From assembly GCF_022539665.2 (NCBI RefSeq), contig NC_081331.1, positions 930,001 to 994,000 of the forward strand: a stretch of DNA of 64,000 nucleotides, in the 5' to 3' direction. The DNA is from Daphnia carinata. Lineage: Eukaryota. Below are positions 12,520 to 24,365 of the stretch, in pieces; position 1 is the first letter of the stretch, and every line of letters begins with the position of its first letter. The position numbers and the translations under genes were made by a program. The notes under the pieces are model-generated. The model was not told where the DNA came from. It was given only the letters and a program-made list of their open reading frames with translations, and ran no database searches.

Positions 12520-15500
12520 TTAAGACTTTCTTTCGGTTTCATCAGTACCATCATCAGAAGAGCTAGCACTAGTGACCCGCAGTTTGATGCTGTTATCTTG
12601 CGAATCGCTTGTTATGCAAATGCCAGTTGACCCATTATCGGATGAGTCGTCTGGCACAATAGAAGAACAAGTAGCCGTGGATGGCACTACCGCAATTGAA
12701 TTGCCTGGACCGACAACGTAATCTGTATCATCAGAATCCGAGTCGGAATCGTCGAAACCTGGAGGCTCAGGTCCTAAAATTACAAGAGAAAAACGTTGAA
12801 AATGAAAACTCAGTGATGTGCTTCACACACGTACCATGTTCAATATCGATAGGAGCACCAGGTGAAACGTCCCTTCCGTGATGAATGGGTTGACTTGGCA
12901 AGTTGTGGCTGTGTGGGACGATACCTGAGTTGACATCTTCAATGGCTTTGCGTAACTATTCGAGAAGGGCAGATAAATAAAGTGAATAAAAACATTTACA
13001 GGCGAAACGCCTTATTTTCTATCGAGTTTGTCGTACCTCTTTAAGTGAAACGATTCCCATAAGCCTGCCAGTAGTGGTGACATAGGCGTGATTCACGCCC
13101 AACAACGAGAACATGGAGTGAACTTTGAGCAGCGAGGTACGTTCAACCAGCTGGAAGGGAGCAGGATCGACGTGCAATTTCTGGAAATCCACTGGCTGCA
13201 ACATTTCGCTTTCTTCCCATTGTTTTTGCTCTTCCGGAGTCATGTCGATCACCCTCTCTCTCGGCTAATACAGAAAACAATCCAGTATTTAATAAAACAC
13301 TTTATCAAAATGTTGAACTTGGTATTACCAGTGTGACCTTCTTATAAGGCGTAGGGCTGGTTGGCAATGATGTTCCACTACCGCTGACGCCACTGAAATC
13401 GAATTTAGACGTATCCAGCATGGTCGATGATTTTCGAATGAACGCTCCAATAGCCGCACGGAATTTACTGCCGAAAAAAAAAAAATAGAATCAATGACGT
13501 TTATTTAGAGAATAAATTCTAAGAAAATGACTAACCTTCCCTCAGCTCCGGTGACGGTTGAATAAGGTGTTAACGTAGGGGTGGCCATCGGTCCAGCGAA
13601 CTTCAAAGTTTGAGAATTTGTTCTCTTCAGAATGGACTTCTGGGGACGGCTGCCCAAAGAGGTTCTCTGTAAATCATGACACATCGTTGTTGAATTAAGT
13701 ACATCATAATCATTTTTCATGGCACATAAACGTAAATAGAAAAAATTCTGACGTACCTCCTCATTGTCAGTCGATTGGATGGAACTGGGCGTCATGGGTT
13801 CGGTTCCAGGTGATTGACTATCGGCAGCGGGCGACATTTCTGCTGCCATGACTACTTCGAATCGAGACGGCCGTCTTTCAGCGGGCTTCTTGGTTGGATC
13901 TTCGGCGGCTAAAGCACTTGCGGGTGGTGCTGGTAGTGCCAAGCTGACTCTGCTGAACGGTGGTGGATCGAGTTGCAAGGACGTCATGGCTTCCTCGTAC
14001 ATTCTGATTAACGTTTTATTTATAAAAAAAATGAACAGACGTTCGAGTTAACAAAACACAGCAATCTAAGTCTACCTGACTCGTGCCTCTTTTTGTCTTT
14101 TAGCAGCAACTTGCAATCGTCGGTCACGACCGATATGTCTCTCGATAAGACCAATCAACTCTGTTCGCTGGATAGAACCGAGCAAGATCATGTTAGCTAG
14201 AAATACACAAAAGAAAACATCCCGTTAATACTGCCGATATTTCTGAAACAGAGGGTATAGCCAAACATACTTGGATTATCGACTAGAGGGAAGGCACGAA
14301 CGCGACGGCTTTCTCTTATGTTGTTCTTCAGTTCTTTGTACGACATGCCGTTGTAGATGTACTTGATATTTCCAACCATGAAATCTTCGACGAAAATGTT
14401 GTAGGCAGCTGTTTAGAGAGTATGAAACGATCAGCGCATTCTGCGCTAGGTAATTGAACTGAAATTGCATACCACTGCTGGACGAGATAATGTCGGGCAA
14501 GTAAGGCAGTTTCTTAATCATGATGATGGAATCGTAGAGAGACGGTTGAAGGAGAGTTGAAATGGCGTTGGAAACCAAGACGGCAATCATAACAGGGATA
14601 ATATGGCGAATTTGGCCCGTCATTTCCGCAACGACGACACAGATGGAAATGGAATGGGTCACGCCGGCAGAAAATGCGGCGGCTCCAACAATGGCGTAGC
14701 CTCCTGTAACGATTGAAAGTATTTCGTGAGATTGGTTATGTTGGTTGTAATCCGATTGGCCACGTACCCGGCAAAATAGGCGACAAGGCGCCTCCGATAC
14801 GCACACCTTCCGGAAACCAAAGATGCATGGCTTCTCCAATCATCCGACCAAAGGCCGCTCCCATTTTGAAAATGGGAATCACGGTACCGGAGGGAACGGG
14901 CAATGTGGAAGCCCAAATGGTGGTAAAGAACTAAAAAATAAATATTCGTTTCTGGATAATGTTACAATGATTGGAAAAATTAGTATGAAACACTTACGGT
15001 GACCAACATGTAAAGACTCAAGTTGACAAAGATACTGCAACTGTCCGTGACCCAATGGGAAACAATTTCAGCTTGTTCTACCGTCAAGTCATCGCTGACC
15101 CAAGTGAAATTGGAAAATAAATGCAGAATTTGCGTGCGAGTGGATAGCGTCGAAGCGAGGAACTGGCCCATACCCAAAGGGAAGTACAAGGTGGTAATGA
15201 AGAGCGACATCAGACCAGGATAGATGAAACGGCTGTGATAATTTAAATGAGTTTACGTTAGCTCATTTCAAAGTTTCATGTGCAATGAATGGCTTACTTT
15301 TTCTGCAAGAATGAGCTGATTCTCTTGTTCTTTCGCATAAACAAGACGTATCGCCGATGGAACAAGATAAAAGCTGCTCCACTCAACCCACCAAATGCAC
15401 TAGGATCATGAAATTACGTTTGTTAACAGCTTTATTTTGAGTTAAAGTCAAATGAAATTTTTTTTTTTACCCGACAAGAGCGTAGATAAAAAGTTCCTGA

Positions 15501-18147
15501 GGATCGTACGGAAAGTCTACTTGGTAATCTGTTCTGAAGATGGCAGTGAAAGTTTCTGTGAAACGGATGATTCTTCAATTACAAAGAAAATCGTGGAAAC
15601 TATTAATAAAATTTACCTTCATTAGAGAACCAATAAGCCTGTTTGAAACATTGGGAATTTTTTTTTAAAATCATTAAAATCATGTAACGTTTGCAGCAAT
15701 AAAAATTTATCGTTACCATTAGCCTGAACATGAGAGCGCCGAAAACGGCAGAGAAGAATCCACGCCAGTAATTACGAATGGCAAAGTAAACGGATGTCAC
15801 TTCAATGCTGAACAGGACACCTGTTGTAAATTCATATTTAAATCGTCAGTTATCGAAACCGGATGAAACTAGAAACTTATATAGACTGACCTCCAATGGG
15901 AGCGCCGAAATTACACGACACACCCACAGCGCAGGCAGCGGCCAACATTTCGCTATTTCTCGATTCATTTTCATAAATTCCTTTGAAAGATGTCACCATC
16001 TTGGACATGAGAGTAGCCACGACGCTGGCAATGTGCACCAGTGGACCCTGTGCGATCCCAAATAAAACACGATAAGGATCATTTTTTTTTTTTTTGTTTG
16101 AGAAGGCCTCCGAAGCTGTTTATTACCTCTTTACCCAATGGCATTCCAGAGCCGAGTGCAGCTGTGAGCGCTATCACTTTAGCCACTCCAGTGCGGAAGG
16201 TTAAATACTCTTTCAAAACAACACCTCGCAAAATGGTTTTCATCTCCGGAATACCCGAGCCTTAAAAAAAAAAAAAAAAAAAAATTAGGGGCCTAAAAAC
16301 AATTTTTCAAAATATGGGTCATAAATAAAAACGATGGAAATTGAGCTGCACGAAATGCATTGTTAAGGACGTACACCCACAGATGGAGGAAAATCGAGTG
16401 CATCATCAAATATTGAAGATTGACGTGACAATCGAGGCTTTTCCTTTTTTTTTTTTTTTTACTTTCCGTGTGCGAATTACCGTACAACACCCTGCGATAC
16501 AAGCTGATAAACGAGGCCGACTACATAGTACACGCACTGCTACCGTATCCCGTTTCAGATCCAGTTCGAAGCGGTGCGGAAACACAAAACAGACTCGTTA
16601 TTCATTTTAGTGTAAATATTCCGTGTCGGCCAGGATGTGAAGAGAGACAAGATAAAAGGGGGAGAGTCATAAGAAAGAGAATGTGCAGCACAATAACATA
16701 CCGATGGCTTGCGGTGCCAGGATGTGAACGAAGCCGGCCGAAAACAGGACGAGAAAGACGGGCAAACAGATCCAGGCCAGGTACTGTAAAAACGGATGCG
16801 TCGTCAAATCACGGTACATCCAAACGCGCGCTATATTCAAATTGAACATTCGTTTTGTTTTTTAAAAATTTATTTACATCACTTTCAATTTTTAATTGGC
16901 GAAGAAATGGAAATGATGAACTTACCGGTGTTGCACATGGCGATTCCGTAGTCCATTATGTAGCTGAGCATGGCCACGATGATACCGAGCAAGGCAAGGA
17001 AAACCCAGTCTTCTCCAATTTTGGCGAAAGTGTGACGCCATATGAAGGAGACAACTCTCAGGAAACGGGAAGTCCATTTGCCGCGGTAGGTGCGCAACTC
17101 TTTGCTCCGCAATTTTTCCTCCTTCTTGCGCTGTTTCTCCAGTTCACGAAGTTCGGCCGCTTGTTGCCTCGCATACTCTCCGAGACTCCGCGAATACCGT
17201 CCGTACATCTTGTTTCATTTGACGCATCGTCAAAACAAAAGAAGACAAAAGCAAAAGATGCGTTAAGTCAAATGCACACACAACGACAGCAGTGAGCTGA
17301 ATAAAAAAGAAAACTGTTTTTGCACTCGGGCCAATTGCAGGTTAGGACGTGAATAACATTCCAAATGCAGGTCATCGTCATCAAGCGGGTGGGGAGTGAT
17401 AAAAAAAAATGCGATCACTAGTGCACACACACACACAATCACCACACGATTGAGAGAGGAAAGCTTAATCGGCCGAGTTCCAGCAACGTCGTACACCGCT
17501 GGTGTTGTAAAAACTTTCTCAATTACAGCACGAATCGCACTCTTTCTGCTAGCACAGTTGAACACCCGGTGACTTGTCTTTGTCATCCGGAAGACGAAAT
17601 GAAACACAAACGATCCTCCAGTTACGCAGAGCCAAAAAAAAAGAAGGAACAACATAATCTATATTGGTAGAAACAAGGAGAGCATCAGGGGGAGGAAAAG
17701 GCATTGTCATGCAGAAAGTACCAGTGTAAAAACGTAGTTAAAGTTGGAGTCGATATCAATTAGTTCGGGATTCCGATTCATTACGTCGCACCTCGGACTA
17801 GGCCACATCGTCCCTTTAAGACGATGATCGGCCCTCTCTCAAAGCGAAAAAAAAAAGAGCCGGACGATTGAACTTCTTAGCGGCTTGACACACGTTCTGT
17901 GACTGCCCCAACTGGCAAGTTGCAGTGAAGAGACTCCCTGACTTTCTTGCACACGCAAAAAACAAAACAAAACAAAACAAGACAGCAACAGCAAAAAAAA
18001 AAAAAAAGTTCGCCAACATCCGAAAAATCAAACGCACGACCTATGGACACACGACACGCCATGCTAAAAACCTCAGCGTTTGACGGGCGCCGAGCCAGCG
18101 CGGTTTAAAATAGGTTTTGGAACTCCCGCAGGATGTCGAACGCGAAA

Positions 18148-18178
<31 letters not shown>

Positions 18179-21100
18179 TACTAGGAAATGTAAGCTATAG
18201 GATTTTAACTAAAAAGATGGGCTGATTTCGTCACAGCGAAAAACATTGCGGGACTAACTCAAGGACCTTTCTCGACACCTCAAAAGTGTGACGCAAGGCA
18301 CCGGCCAATGACCGTCTTATTATTCAAATTAACCCGAGCTTAAAAAATTTTTTCTGATGCGAATGAAATCATTTTCCGTTTTTATATCGGATTCATTTTA
18401 AAATACTAGTCGGCAAAACGTCTTTTCACGTCACGATCGATCACACGCAAAGCGCATCGGGGTGGAATTCGATGACAGATTTTTGCGACATAACGAGTCA
18501 TTTCACTTGAAAGAGGTGATAGCCAATATTATTTTTCCTTGGCTAAAAATTCGACGAGATTTGGGTTAAAACAAATTGAAAAGTTAACGGGGACCTTGTC
18601 CTATAAGGCTTTATTCCACTAATGAAAAAATCTTTCAACGGATCCTGTTCATTTCAGATCATGGGGTTGGTACACACGGATCCAGCTTTTAAAAGCTAGG
18701 CCAAGCCCAAATAACTAATTAAAACAGCAACTATGAGTGAAAGGTGAACCCCCTCAGGTTACATTATTTAGACCCCAGACAGGTAGGTTCACCTCGATAT
18801 TTGGATTTGACCCTCGCTATAATTTTCTGCACGGCCATTAAAAGGATTTTACGTGTAGCAATACTTTCACTTTTTTTTTTTTTTAACTTGCGAATCATCG
18901 TATAAAAATTTACAAAAAAATCCGTCGGTGACGTTTATTCACCTTGGTTCTATTTACACGCCAGCCGGCGAATGGCAAATAGTTTTTATGCAGTTGCTTG
19001 TAAAAAAACCAACCTTGATAGGTACCGGCTAGTGCAGTGTACTCCGTACCCCCTTCCAAATAAGGATTTGTTTCAAATCTTTTCCGAGGACTTGAAAAAC
19101 AACACAAAAACGCAGGAAAAACAAGTTTTTTTTGTGTAAGAAACAAAACAAAAAAATTGTTCCTGTTTTTTTTTCAGAACTTTTAATATAAGGTAACGAT
19201 GTCATGGAAAAACGTCTGAAAAATTTCGAAACTAAAAAGAAAAATTTATTTTCATGGCATTACGGTCTAACATTCAGTTTGGGACATTTTTCTCGAGATC
19301 TTTAACTGTCAAAAATTGGCATCGACTTCTTCAAAGCATCCAACGGTACACGCAATAAAACGGTGCCAACCCCAAAAGAACAGCCAGATGGCAGTAGGGC
19401 GCATATAGAAAGGCCTCGGTCATTTAAATGGGACAAGGTTGGGCCATTCGTAGGTGGAGAAGAAAAACCTTTAGAAGCCAGCAGATGGTATCAAAATAAC
19501 ACTAGCAATATACCTTGACCACTTGATGATGGGTCCCAAAATTCTATACATCTTGCATAACAAACCCCCCAAAAAATGTTTTAAACCGTTCAAAATTGCA
19601 AGGACGAACGATAAGATTCGGCAGGTACTGAGAAAACCTTGACGCTATTCATAAAAGAGTTATTTCTAAAGCCCTTAAAAAATGGTGCCGTGTGTTCGTG
19701 AATCTGTTTTGAACACGCTTCTTATTTTGTACATGAATAATAATTTCTAGGGTAGACTGAAAAAGGGCCTGAATTGGGAAGCGTGCCCTTTTTTTCCAAA
19801 AAATTGACTGCTTTTGTTTTCCGCCTTCAGTCAAAAAAACAAATCATGCCCAACCACGTCTTCACCTCTCGGCAGAGTATTTAAATAAAAAAAAATTAGA
19901 TCACAGTTTCTGAATACGTGACGTCAATGCACTCAAACCGCATTCATCCTCCGGGTTGGAAAACAAAAACAAGAAACGGAAACACTCGACCGCAATGAGT
20001 CAAGAACGGGGGAAAGGAAGTTCGATAGACGATGTGTATATACACGGAGTTGTATGTTATAGGGGTGGTGCCCTACGCACTGAATAAGGGGCCTTCCTGT
20101 TAGCAGAGTCCACTTTGTTTTAATGCCAAGCAAGAGACGAGTATATGATTGGTTCCTCTCCCCCATATATCCTGATTAACTTGACTATGGCGCTACAACG
20201 GGAATTCCAAACGTCGGGATGTTGTTCATTGAATCAAAAAAGAAAAAAGGGCAGTTCACGAACGAAGACAAACGGCTAGAGGCGATTCTTATTTAGGATT
20301 TCCCACATGTTTGCTCGTACAGAACACGAGCGTTCGTCTCTTGCTTCGTCACCTGCTCTATAGGGGAAAACCTGTTTCGTTAGCAGGTCGAATGAGAGCA
20401 CGCCAAGGTCTTTTGGGGTTTTTTGCTGAAACTATACAAGGTTCCCGAAGTTCGAAAAAAACGGTTCTTGGGACGTACACAAGAGACTTGCAATTACTGG
20501 TTCAAATTTAAGAAACAAAAACAAAAAAAACAAGCCTTATAATTTGCGTAAAGTAGATAGTGTCGGCAGTGGTTAGGGATTCGATAGCAAAGTTGAATCG
20601 AGAACAAGGTAAACCTTGACGTCTCCCGCGTGACAATCGCAAGACTTTTTCAATGAGATACGGCCATTTTGCGCAGCTCACGTTTTTGTGAAATCGAAAA
20701 ACGGGAAAGGATGTAAAAAGAAAAACAAAAAAATCTTGAAACCAAGGCTGGTGGAAAGAGGAAGCGCAACGAATATGGAAATACGTTTCAGCTACGAAAA
20801 CCTTTCGTTGTGTTCGAAAAAAGGCCCTTAATGCCTTATAGGGAAGGGGAAAAACCCTCCAGTTGGAGAAACTGTTGGCGTGAAAAACACATGCCAATCG
20901 TGCTATTCCGGCGCCTTTCTGTTTTCCCTTTAGCTTTCGTGAATTGGCGGATACATCTGAATACTTAAGAATTAGAAATTCATGCCAAAAAAACAACACG
21001 TCAAGGGTCCTGCCCAGGCCTTGACTCAAGACTGTTCTTTACGTCAAGATACAAGACAATCTAAAAAGCCCTCCTTTCCTTTTTATTGTGTGTTTATGGG

Positions 21101-24100
21101 AGAGGGGTTGAAGAGAATTGGCAAAGAGACGAGTTTAAAGAATGAAATTATCTCCGGATATCCCATTGAGATATTGGTAGGTCCGGTTTGAATCTGCACA
21201 ATGGGATGCGTTCAGTTCACGGTCAACTTCCACGCATTTGCGCTTTAATAAAATATCCTTCAGGAAATGCGCCATTACGTCGTCGGGAAATTCCATCAAC
21301 CACAAAAACATGAAAAAAAAAAAAAAAAAGTCAGATGATTCCATGGCCGCCAGTCATTTTTCCGCTAGTGCCTCTTCCACGAATTACACACCCACCAGCG
21401 GTTTCTTTCTTTTTTTTGCTTAAAGAAACTACAAATAAAAATTCATTCGACTGACTACACGCAGGACGATAATAATGTAGAAACATTGTAAAGTAACAAA
21501 AAAATATATATGTAAAGAAACTACCCACAAAAAAAAAAAAAAATAAGGTAGATAAAAAAAAAAAGGGAACAATTCAAAGTAGGTCTTCACCAGCGGGATT
21601 CCGCACGTTCATGGTACCGACTGGTACGGCGACTCCCGCAAACACGCACAATTATACGAGCAAAGAAACGGGTTTTAAAGAGGAGAATAAACGCAAAATC
21701 ATTTCTCAAAAGCCAGAAAATCAAATGATGCTGAAAAAAAAATTTATCAATTTGCCGCGACACTTTGATTTGTAAAAAAAAAAAAAGCTGCAAATGAAAA
21801 CCCCATAGATAAGTTTGTGATCCAGTTTCGTCAGCACCTCGTGATGTGTTTTTATTTACTGTTTGTTATCAGATGGCGATTTTCTAAAGTTCTCAACCAA
21901 CAAAAACAAAAAAAAGTCCGAGCCGTGATTGCGCTTTTCTCCTTGGTTCGACACACCAATTTGCTTCGTGTAGAGCATCTCCTATTGGGAGATGGCCAGA
22001 TTTCACAACAATAGGACGTGCGCATAATCAGCGCTCCCCGACCTGTTGCGAGCTTTTGAATAAACATAAGAAGCCGTCGATTTAAAAGACATTGAATGAA
22101 GAAAAAAAAGAAGCTTGACCTTAATTTCCTATAAGTGTCGAAAAAAAATGTACCCATTTTCTCGAAAAATGTGAGATAACAGTCCATTTGAGAAGCGCTT
22201 TCTCCTTTCAGTCCAACATGTTTCTCTATTAAGATTACACAATAAAAAAAAATCACGACTTTCCGTTTCTAAAAGAAACAAAAAATTTGATCAGGAGAAA
22301 ATAGTGAACGGAAAACTTTCCCTCCTATTTCTTTAAATAGATTAATAATATTTCTTTTTTTCTGTATGGCGGACATTTGCAACATCCCCTAAAAAAACAA
22401 ACTTTCCTTCACTAGGAATTCAAGTGGTTCCGCATAGCGCATGGTTAGTCATCCATCGCATTATGCCCAACAGAAAAAAATGCATCGGTGAACGAAGGCC
22501 TGGCTCTTCCTGTAATGATGAGAAAGTCTGTTTCTTTTTATCGCACAAAACGTCTTTTGCCTCCTCCCATGTAATCAACTAGAACCCTTCCCGTTTCATT
22601 TGAATAATGTCAGCCTTTACGCAATGGCCTTCCGCAACAAAACACTGACGCAACACCGAAAAAAACCTAAAGAAATCGAAAACCCTTTGGCTAGGCCGTC
22701 TTCATCGTCACGAGTGAAAGTGAGTCTTCTCTGACTGCCCAAAAGAAAAAGAAGGATGTGAAAAATAAGGTGTTGGAAAAGAATAACCGCCAGGCGTCTG
22801 CCTATGCTGTAGAAAATTTAAAAAAAAAGCTGTTTCTGGCGAGTCGTTGCCCCTCCAAGCGTGAATCAATGCAACAGCACGCGTGCAAAGTGCTGAAAAA
22901 ATGTTTTTAAAGTTTGAAAACATTTTTAAAATAGGAAAAGCGAAGGCATCACTGCGAAACATGTTCGATTAGTTGAAGAGGGAAAAGAACATCCTAGTGT
23001 GGACACTGAACGATGATGTAACGTTTAAAAATGTTTGATATCCACGCTATGAACCAAAACAAGAAAACGCCCAATCATGGGAAAATGTCGTTTAAACAGC
23101 TGATGGCTGGCCATGTCGGTATTTGTCCAAATGTCACGCGCCCAAGTGATAAGAGTTCATCATCACATGATCTAAGATTATTGCTTTGATTACATGGTGT
23201 GCTCAGACTGAAAAGTAAAAGGCTCAGGTGTCTCCCGTTCGTGTGATCCCCGTTCACGATTTTTATCGCATCCTTATTGGAGTGCTTTACCATGACTGTG
23301 TCACGCGCCCGTTCGGCTTCTCTACATGAAGGGATTAAACGTACACGGTGACCGCCTCCCTCGTACCATGTTTACTGATAAATTAGGTCAATCTTAAGAC
23401 TCTCTCACATGTTTAATTTGAATCACGCGCTACGTGATTACTCGTGATAGTCTGGTACAAAAACAGTGCAATTTCTCCTCGCAAAAAGGAAGATTGAATT
23501 CACTCAGCTCCATTATCTAGTCATGACTAAGGAAAACTGTGTTATAGAATTTTTAAAGCTGTTTAACACATAAAAGAATAAGAAAAGAAATGAAAAAAAA
23601 GAAGGCGTTTTTGACTTGGCAACAACACGATCACGACGTAAAACTTCACCCACCTTCAACCCTGCGGCATCTACCCCAAAATGTGACCACTCCTATTCCA
23701 GTGCCTGCAGAGCCCTGTGGCTGTTGTGAACGTCAACAAGGTGGCCGCCACTTTGCTCTTTTTTTTTTTTTTTTTACCTTTCTTTCTATTTTGCATAGCC
23801 GTACCTGGTACGTCTAGCTCGTTTTTGGCCGTGAAAAAAGTCTTAATTGCAGGTCATCGGCACCCGAAAAGAAGCCCATTTTTTTCCACCCCAGTTTTAC
23901 AAAGGAATCTTTTTGCTTAATACAAAAGGTCAAGTTATAAACGGAATGCAATAAAAGTTGGCAAAACTTTCATGTCCATAACGGGCCTTTTTCTTAACAA
24001 CCTGTAGAAGTCTACGAACGACGTCAAAAAAAGATTTCAGAACCATTCGTGCCTAACCCGTTTGTTTTGCAATTTCCGCATTCGTAATCGAAACGAAGTT

Positions 24101-24365
24101 AGGAATTTCGAGAACGATAAATACTTCGGGATAAAAAGAAAAGGAGCATTTAAAGCAAATTGCTTTTGAAATAGTCTCAAGGTCAACTTGTTGATCGAAT
24201 GGCATTGCCTTCGAGATTTACATACACAACAATCAAGATTTCTACTTTTTAGAAAGACAAAGACTCGGTAAAAAAGCAAACTGAATAAACAATTCGTCTT
24301 GCACTCACCAGCGTGTGTTGATAGCCAAGTTCCAGCTCTCCTTGAATCTGGTCGGACGTCGCCAT
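12520..24365 (-). CDS. CLCN2: ClC-2/ClC-a-like chloride channel, tandem copy C (appears intact and closest to canonical arthropod ClC-a)
   Basis: First coding exon 24309-24365 [19 protein letters not shown], a ~7.1 kb intron, then [12 protein letters not shown] at 17208. Motifs [40 protein letters not shown] and [12 protein letters not shown] pair, ending [26 protein letters not shown] at 12520. Confidence 0.93.
18148..18178. repeat. (CA)n microsatellite in the first intron of ClC copy C
   Basis: Near-perfect CA run read directly from the sequence. Shorter CA/GT runs occur near 12221, 17425 and 24705. Confidence 0.9.

Noticed and set aside
16468..16660. Possible cassette exon in the enlarged ClC copy C intron, with a short repeat of exon sequence (GCCAGGATGTGAA)
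   Set aside because: No acceptor/donor pair found gives a frame-preserving phase-1 exon, and the repeat is only about 13 nt.
20508..21029. 173-aa intronic ORF (similarly 10825-11286 and 34554-35054)
   Set aside because: No recognisable motifs or convincing exon structure. The composition looks like chance ORFs in AT-rich non-coding DNA.
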